From contig NC_001264.1 in the NCBI RefSeq assembly GCF_000008565.1, positions 318,347-350,346 of the forward strand: a stretch of DNA of 32,000 bases. The letters run 5' to 3'. The notes beneath the pieces are model-generated. The model was not told the DNA's origin. It made no database searches and worked only from the letters and a program-made list of their open reading frames with translations. Below are positions 27,272 to 32,000 of this stretch, in pieces. The DNA is from Deinococcus radiodurans R1 = ATCC 13939 = DSM 20539 (GTDB lineage Bacteria > Deinococcota > Deinococci > Deinococcales > Deinococcaceae). The position numbers and the translations under genes were made by a program. How positions within the stretch are numbered: the stretch's first letter is position 1; the number at the start of each line of letters is the position of its first letter.

Positions 27272-28444
27272 ATGAAGCACCGCATTTCTCTGACGCTGGC
27301 CCTGTTTGCTCTCGCTCCTGTCGCCTCCGCCCAGGGCACCGTGAAGGTCGGCGTGCTGCACTCGCTGACCGGCACGATGGCTATTTCCGAACTCACCGTC
27401 GCCAACGCGACCCAGCTCGCCGTGGACGAAATCAACGCGGCGGGCGGGGTGCTGGGCAAGAAGCTCGTTATCGTGAAGGAAGACGGCGCGTCCGACTGGC
27501 CCACCTTTGCCACCAAGGCCGAGAAGCTGCTCACCCAGGACCGGGTGGCGGCGGTGTTTGGCGGGTGGACGAGTGCAAGCCGCAAGGCGATGCTGCCGGT
27601 CTTCGAAAAAAATAAGGGCCTGCTGTTCTACCCGGTGCAGTTCGAGGGCAACGAGTGCAGCCCCAACATCATCTACACCGGGGCGCAGCCCAACCAGCAA
27701 GCGCTCCCGGCGCTCGAATGGGCGCTCAGCAAGGGCTACAAGAACATCTTTTTGCTCGGCTCGGACTACGTGTATCCGCGCACGGCCAACCTGATTCTGA
27801 AAAAGCACATCGCGGCGTCGGGGGCCAAACTGGCGGGCGAAGAATACGTCGCGCTCGGGGGCACCGAGTTTTCGAGCGTGATCAACAAGATCAAAGCGGC
27901 CAAACCGCAGGTCATCATCAACACGCTCAACGGCGACAGCAATGTCTCTTTTTTCAAGCAGTATCAGGCCGCGGGCTACAGCGCCGCCACCCTGCCCGTC
28001 ATCTCGTTTTCCATCGCCGAGCAAGAAGCGCAGGCCATCGGGCCGCAACTGCTGCAAGGCCAGTACGCCACCTGGAACTATTTCCAGAGCCTCCCCGGCG
28101 CCGCCAACAAAAAGTTCGTGGCTGCCTACAAGAAAAAGTACGGCGCGGGCGCAGTAGTCACCGACCCGATGGCGCACGCTTATCTCGACGTTTACCTCTG
28201 GAAGGCCGCCGTCGAAAAAGCGAAATCCTTCGACCCCGTTGCCGTTCGCAAAGCCATCGTGGGCGTGAGCCTGAACAGTCCCCTCGGCAAAGTCACCGTG
28301 GACAAGAGCGGCAGCCTGACGCAGGGCGTCTACACCGGACAAAGCGGCGCGGGCGGGCAGTTCAAGACGGTGGCGCAGAGCCGGGGCGTGGTGCAGCCGC
28401 AGCCCTACGACAAGCTCGCCTTTCCCGGCAAGACCTGCCCCTGA
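27272..28444 (+). CDS. urtA: urea ABC transporter substrate-binding protein UrtA
   Basis: AGGAGG lies 6 nt upstream. Signal peptide, then TVKVGVLHSLTGTMAISE and the LivJ/UrtA-type periplasmic binding fold. It is adjacent to urtBCDE and to the urease operon. Confidence 0.9.
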   Translation: MKHRISLTLALFALAPVASAQGTVKVGVLHSLTGTMAISELTVANATQLAVDEINAAGGVLGKKLVIVKEDGASDWPTFATKAEKLLTQDRVAAVFGGWTSASRKAMLPVFEKNKGLLFYPVQFEGNECSPNIIYTGAQPNQQALPALEWALSKGYKNIFLLGSDYVYPRTANLILKKHIAASGAKLAGEEYVALGGTEFSSVINKIKAAKPQVIINTLNGDSNVSFFKQYQAAGYSAATLPVISFSIAEQEAQAIGPQLLQGQYATWNYFQSLPGAANKKFVAAYKKKYGAGAVVTDPMAHAYLDVYLWKAAVEKAKSFDPVAVRKAIVGVSLNSPLGKVTVDKSGSLTQGVYTGQSGAGGQFKTVAQSRGVVQPQPYDKLAFPGKTCP

Positions 28445-28499
28445 GCGGCTCTCCTCCCCTGTTTGCCCCACCCCTCTATTTGACTGCGGAGCAATACAC

Positions 28500-29402
28500 A
28501 TGGACCTGACCTTCCTTGCCAACCAACTGTTCACCGGGCTCTCGGTGGCGTCCATCCTGCTGCTGGCGGCGCTGGGGCTGGCGCTGACCTTCGGGCTGAT
28601 GCGGGTCATCAACATGGCGCACGGCGAATTTCTGATGGTGGGCGGTTACCTGACCTACCTCGCGGCCCGCTGGACCGGCCCCGCCCTGGGCGACGGCTAC
28701 CTGTGGGTCGCTTTTCCGCTCGCCTTCGTGGGCACGGCGCTGCTGGGCGCCCTGCTGGAAGTGCTGGTCATCCGGCGGCTCTACGGGCGCCCGCTCGACA
28801 CGCTGCTGGCAACCTTCGGCATCAGCTTGATCCTGCAACAGGCCGCGCGGCAGGTGTTCGGCAGCACGGGCGTGCCGGTCACGGCTCCCGCCTGGCTGTC
28901 GGGCAGCGTGACGCTGGGCGCCGTGACCATGCCGGGCAGCCGCCTGTTCGTCATCGCGCTTTCCCTGCTGGTGATCGGCGCGGTGTGGTGGCTGCTCTCG
29001 CGCACCCGCTTCGGCATGGTGGTGCGGGCGGTCAACCAGAACCGTGAGATGGCGGCGGCGCTGGGCGTCAACACCCGGGCACTCGACCTGCTCGTCTTTT
29101 CCCTCGGCGCGGGCATTGCGGGGGTGGCGGGCGTGGGCCTCGCGCTGCTTGCCCCAGTTAACCCTACCGTCGGCGCGGCGTACATGGTCAATGCCTTTCT
29201 CGTCGTGGTGGTCGGCGGCGTGGGCAGCGTGCTCGGCGCGGGCGTCGCGGCCATATTGCTCGGCAGCCTCACGGCGTTGGCCGAGGGCCTGACCAGCGAG
29301 AGCCTCGCGCAGGCCGCGCTGCTGGTGCTGGTGGTGGCGTTCTTGCAGTGGAAACCGCGCGGCCTGTTTCCCACCGAGTCCCGCGCTCTGGAGGACGCAT
29401 GA
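28500..29402 (+). CDS. urtB: urea ABC transporter permease UrtB
   Basis: LivH-type permease (INMAHGEFLMVGGY, multiple TM helices). The stop overlaps the urtC start. Confidence 0.9.
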   Translation: MDLTFLANQLFTGLSVASILLLAALGLALTFGLMRVINMAHGEFLMVGGYLTYLAARWTGPALGDGYLWVAFPLAFVGTALLGALLEVLVIRRLYGRPLDTLLATFGISLILQQAARQVFGSTGVPVTAPAWLSGSVTLGAVTMPGSRLFVIALSLLVIGAVWWLLSRTRFGMVVRAVNQNREMAAALGVNTRALDLLVFSLGAGIAGVAGVGLALLAPVNPTVGAAYMVNAFLVVVVGGVGSVLGAGVAAILLGSLTALAEGLTSESLAQAALLVLVVAFLQWKPRGLFPTESRALEDA

Positions 29403-30475
29403 CCCGCCCGGAGACGGCTTACCGCACTTCCATGCTCGCGCTGGTCGTCCTCACGGCGCTGCTCCTGCTCACTCCCTTTGTGCTCGGGGGGTACGCGCTG
29501 ACGCTGCTCGGGCGCGTGCTGGCGCTGGCGCTCGCCGCGCTGGGCGTGTGCGTGGTGTGGGGCCGCGCCGGCATCCTCAGCCTGGGCCAGGGCCTGTTTT
29601 TCGGGCTGGGGGGCTACGCCCTCGCCATGCACCTCAAGCTCGCGGCGACGCCCAAAGGCGAACTGCCCGACTTCATGCTCTACAACGGCGTCGAGAAGTT
29701 GCCCTGGTTCTGGCAGCCGTTTCACTCGGCGCCCTTCGCGCTGCTGATGGTGGTCGCGTTGCCGGGGCTCGCCGCCTTTCTCATCGGCTGGCTGATGTTC
29801 CGGCGGCGCATCACGGGGGTATTCGTGTCCATCATTACGCAGGCGCTGGTGCTCGCCTTCGTGACCTGGCTCAGCGGCGCCCAGGGGCTGACGAGCGGCA
29901 CGAACGGCATCACCGACTTTCAGACGTTTCTGGGGCTGAACATGCGCAGCGACGCCTTTGCGCGGGGGCTGTACTGGGCGACGGTGCTGCTGCTCGCGCT
30001 GAGCCTGGCGGGAACGGCCTGGCTGCTGCGGACCCCTTTCGGCTCGCTGCTCACCGCCGTGCGCGACAACGAAAACCGCACCCGCTTTCTGGGCTACAAC
30101 CCGGCGGCGTTCAAGGTGGCGGCCTTCGTGCTCGGCGGCGTGCTCTCGGGGCTGTCGGGGGCGCTGTACACCCTGCACCTCGGCACGATTTCGCCCGCGA
30201 TGATCGGCGTCGCCTTTTCCATCGAACTCGTCGTGTGGGTCGCTCTCGGCGGGCGGGCCAGCCTGTGGGGCGCGGCGGGCGGCCTGGTGCTGGGTGAACT
30301 TGCCAAAGACCGCATTTCGAGCGCCGCCCCCGACGCTTGGCTGTATGTCATGGGCGGACTGTTTGTCGGCGTGGTGATGTTCCTGCCGCAGGGGGTGGCG
30401 GGGCTGCTCACTCGCCGCCGGACGCCGGTTCCTCTCCCTGCGCCCGAACTGCGCGAGGTGCGCGATGTCGCCTGA
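29399..30475 (+). CDS. urtC: urea ABC transporter permease UrtC
   Basis: The ATG at 29399 overlaps the urtB stop (ATGA) and GGAGGA lies upstream. LivM-type permease (GILSLGQGLFFGLGGYA, TSGTNGITDF). The listed start at 29348 is an over-extension. Confidence 0.88.
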   Translation: MTRPETAYRTSMLALVVLTALLLLTPFVLGGYALTLLGRVLALALAALGVCVVWGRAGILSLGQGLFFGLGGYALAMHLKLAATPKGELPDFMLYNGVEKLPWFWQPFHSAPFALLMVVALPGLAAFLIGWLMFRRRITGVFVSIITQALVLAFVTWLSGAQGLTSGTNGITDFQTFLGLNMRSDAFARGLYWATVLLLALSLAGTAWLLRTPFGSLLTAVRDNENRTRFLGYNPAAFKVAAFVLGGVLSGLSGALYTLHLGTISPAMIGVAFSIELVVWVALGGRASLWGAAGGLVLGELAKDRISSAAPDAWLYVMGGLFVGVVMFLPQGVAGLLTRRRTPVPLPAPELREVRDVA

Positions 30476-31220
30476 GCTGCTCGAGGTGCGCGGCGTGACA
30501 GTGTCTTTCGGCGGCTTCAAGGCGCTGCAAGACCTCTCGCTCTCGGTGCAGCCGGGCAGCCTGCGGGTGCTGATCGGCCCCAACGGCGCGGGCAAAAGCA
30601 CCCTGCTCGACACCATTATCGGCAAGGTGCGCCCGGCGGCGGGCGAGGTGTATTTCCGGGGAGAAAAGATTTCTGGCCTGCCCGAACACCTGATCGCTCG
30701 CCGGGGCATCTGCCGCAAGTTTCAGGCGCCGGGGGTGCTCGACGGCCTGAGTGTCCGTGACAACCTGCGGCTGGCCGTGCGCGCCGACAAGGGGGTGCTG
30801 GCCAGCTTTTCCCCCCGGCGACGGCAGGAGGAAGAAGCCCGAACCGACGAACTGCTGGCCCTGACCGGCCTGGGTGAACGTCAGGACGTGATGGCGAGCG
30901 AACTCGCGCACGGCGAAAAACAATGGCTGGAAATCGGCATGGTGGTGGCGGGCCGGCCCGCCCTGCTGCTGCTCGACGAACCCACCGCCGGCATGACGGC
31001 CCAGGAGACGGCGCAGACCGCCGAGCTGATTCGCTCGCTGGCCGGCAAACACGCGGTGCTCGTCATTGACCACGACATGCAGTTTGTCGAGTTGCTCGCC
31101 GCTCCCGTCACGGTGCTGCACCAGGGGCAGGTGTTCCGGGAAGGCGACCTCGACCACCTGAGAAATGACCCCGACGTGATGGAAATCTACCTGGGCCGTC
31201 CCCGAGAAGCGGCGGATTAG
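30465..31220 (+). CDS. urtD: urea ABC transporter ATP-binding protein UrtD
   Basis: Walker A GPNGAGKST, Walker B LLLLDEPTAGM, and the LivG-type C-terminus DPDVMEIYLG. Confidence 0.9.
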   Translation: MSPELLEVRGVTVSFGGFKALQDLSLSVQPGSLRVLIGPNGAGKSTLLDTIIGKVRPAAGEVYFRGEKISGLPEHLIARRGICRKFQAPGVLDGLSVRDNLRLAVRADKGVLASFSPRRRQEEEARTDELLALTGLGERQDVMASELAHGEKQWLEIGMVVAGRPALLLLDEPTAGMTAQETAQTAELIRSLAGKHAVLVIDHDMQFVELLAAPVTVLHQGQVFREGDLDHLRNDPDVMEIYLGRPREAAD

Positions 31221-31365
31221 AGCCTTTGACAAAAAGATGGCACAGCTTTTTGGCGAGCGAAGCGAGTACAAAACACGGAGCAGGACGAAGAATGCAGCGG
31301 GTGGCGGTGCTGTTTGGACACCCGCGTAATTCGGAGAACTGCTCTAAGAATAAGAAGGAGAAGAC

Positions 31366-32000
31366 ATGCTCAAGCTCGAACACGTCAGCGCCGCTTACGG
31401 CCAAAGCCCGGTGCTGTTCGACATCGACCTGGAAGTGCGCGACGCCGAGGCGGTGGCATTGATCGGGCGCAACGGCGTCGGCAAATCCACCCTGCTGCGA
31501 ACCATCAGTGGCCTGCACCCGGTCACGGCGGGTGGGGTCCGGCTGGGCGGCGAGGCCGTCGAACACGCACCGGCTTTTGCCCGCGCCCGCGCCGGGCTGG
31601 CCTACGTGCCGCAGGGCCGGGGCCTGTTTTCCCACCTGACCGTCGAGGAAAACCTGCTTATGGGCCTCTCGGCGCTCGGCGGGCGGCCCGCGACGAAAAA
31701 GGAGATTCCTCCTCTGGTGTACGACCTTTTTCCCATTTGCCACGACATGCGGGCCCGCAAGGCCGGCAACCTGTCGGGCGGGCAACAGCAGCAGGTCGCC
31801 ATCGGGCGCGCGCTGGTCACCCGGCCCGCCTACCTGCTGCTCGATGAGCCCACCGAGGGCATTCAGCCGAGCATCGTGCAGGACATCGAGGCCGCACTGG
31901 GCCGCATCCGCGCCGAGTTGCGGGTGGCGGTCTTGCTGGTCGAGCAGTACCTCGATTTCGCCTGGGCCTTTGCCGACCGCTATTACGTGCTGCAACGCGG
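31366..32000 (+). CDS. urtE: urea ABC transporter ATP-binding protein UrtE (3' end outside window)
   Basis: This gene is absent from the ORF track because it has no stop in the window. I translated it by hand. AAGGAG lies 5 nt before the ATG at 31366. MLKLEHVSAAYGQSPVLFDIDLEV..., Walker A GRNGVGKST, signature LSGGQQQ, Walker B LLLDEPTEG. Confidence 0.88.
   Translation, partial: MLKLEHVSAAYGQSPVLFDIDLEVRDAEAVALIGRNGVGKSTLLRTISGLHPVTAGGVRLGGEAVEHAPAFARARAGLAYVPQGRGLFSHLTVEENLLMGLSALGGRPATKKEIPPLVYDLFPICHDMRARKAGNLSGGQQQQVAIGRALVTRPAYLLLDEPTEGIQPSIVQDIEAALGRIRAELRVAVLLVEQYLDFAWAFADRYYVLQR

Noticed and set aside
31238-31254. Sigma-54-like element TGGCAC-N6-TTGGC in the urtD-urtE spacer.
   Set aside because: The spacing and the -12 element deviate from TGGCAC-N5-TTGC. 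From memory, Deinococcus-type genomes lack RpoN. A chance match is likely.
31226-31462. 78-aa ORF spanning the urtD-urtE spacer and the start of urtE.
   Set aside because: It is out of frame with the clearly recognisable UrtE N-terminus and has a Cys/Ser/Lys-rich, non-protein-like sequence.

Overview
High-GC bacterial window. GC3 is above 85% in the real reading frames, so every gene is shadowed by long spurious ORFs. Gene content and style suggest a Deinococcus-type genome, but that is inference only. I support about 30 protein genes and found no rRNA, tRNA, CRISPR array, transposase or integrase.

Left to right:
1. The 3' part of an alpha-2-macroglobulin-like gene, encoded as two ORFs joined by an ATGA overlap, with no thioester motif in the visible part.
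2. A poorly resolved minus-strand stretch (2305-3271) in which the coding frame appears to switch.
3. A TPR / coiled-coil / GGDEF diguanylate cyclase.
4. A minus-strand envelope copper operon: His-rich CPFC protein, MbnP-like, MbnH-like di-heme peroxidase, small secreted protein, CopC, CopD.
5. A divergent MBL (persulfide-dioxygenase-like) plus rhodanese gene. Its promoter spacer carries a C5G6 palindrome of the CsoR/CstR operator type.
6. A lipoprotein alpha/beta-hydrolase followed by two DUF2339-like polytopic membrane proteins. The second has its frame broken at a (GC)5 tract.
7. A TetR regulator divergent from an acyl-CoA synthetase that is translationally coupled to a 1091-aa single-chain BC-BCCP-CT acyl-CoA carboxylase.
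8. A nine-gene urease operon: ureAB (fused), ureC, ureJ, hypA, hypB, ureE, ureF, ureG, ureD.
9. The divergent urea ABC transporter urtABCDE (urtE runs off the window).

The most interesting items are the MbnPH/CopCD copper operon with two uncharacterised partners, the candidate metal/persulfide operator shared with the MBL-rhodanese gene, hypAB embedded in the urease operon, the synthetase/single-chain carboxylase module, and several palindromes. The palindromes are a perfect 15-bp hairpin inside ureD and a 42-bp AT-rich palindrome between the ure and urt operons. All family assignments come from motifs read by eye; no searches were run.
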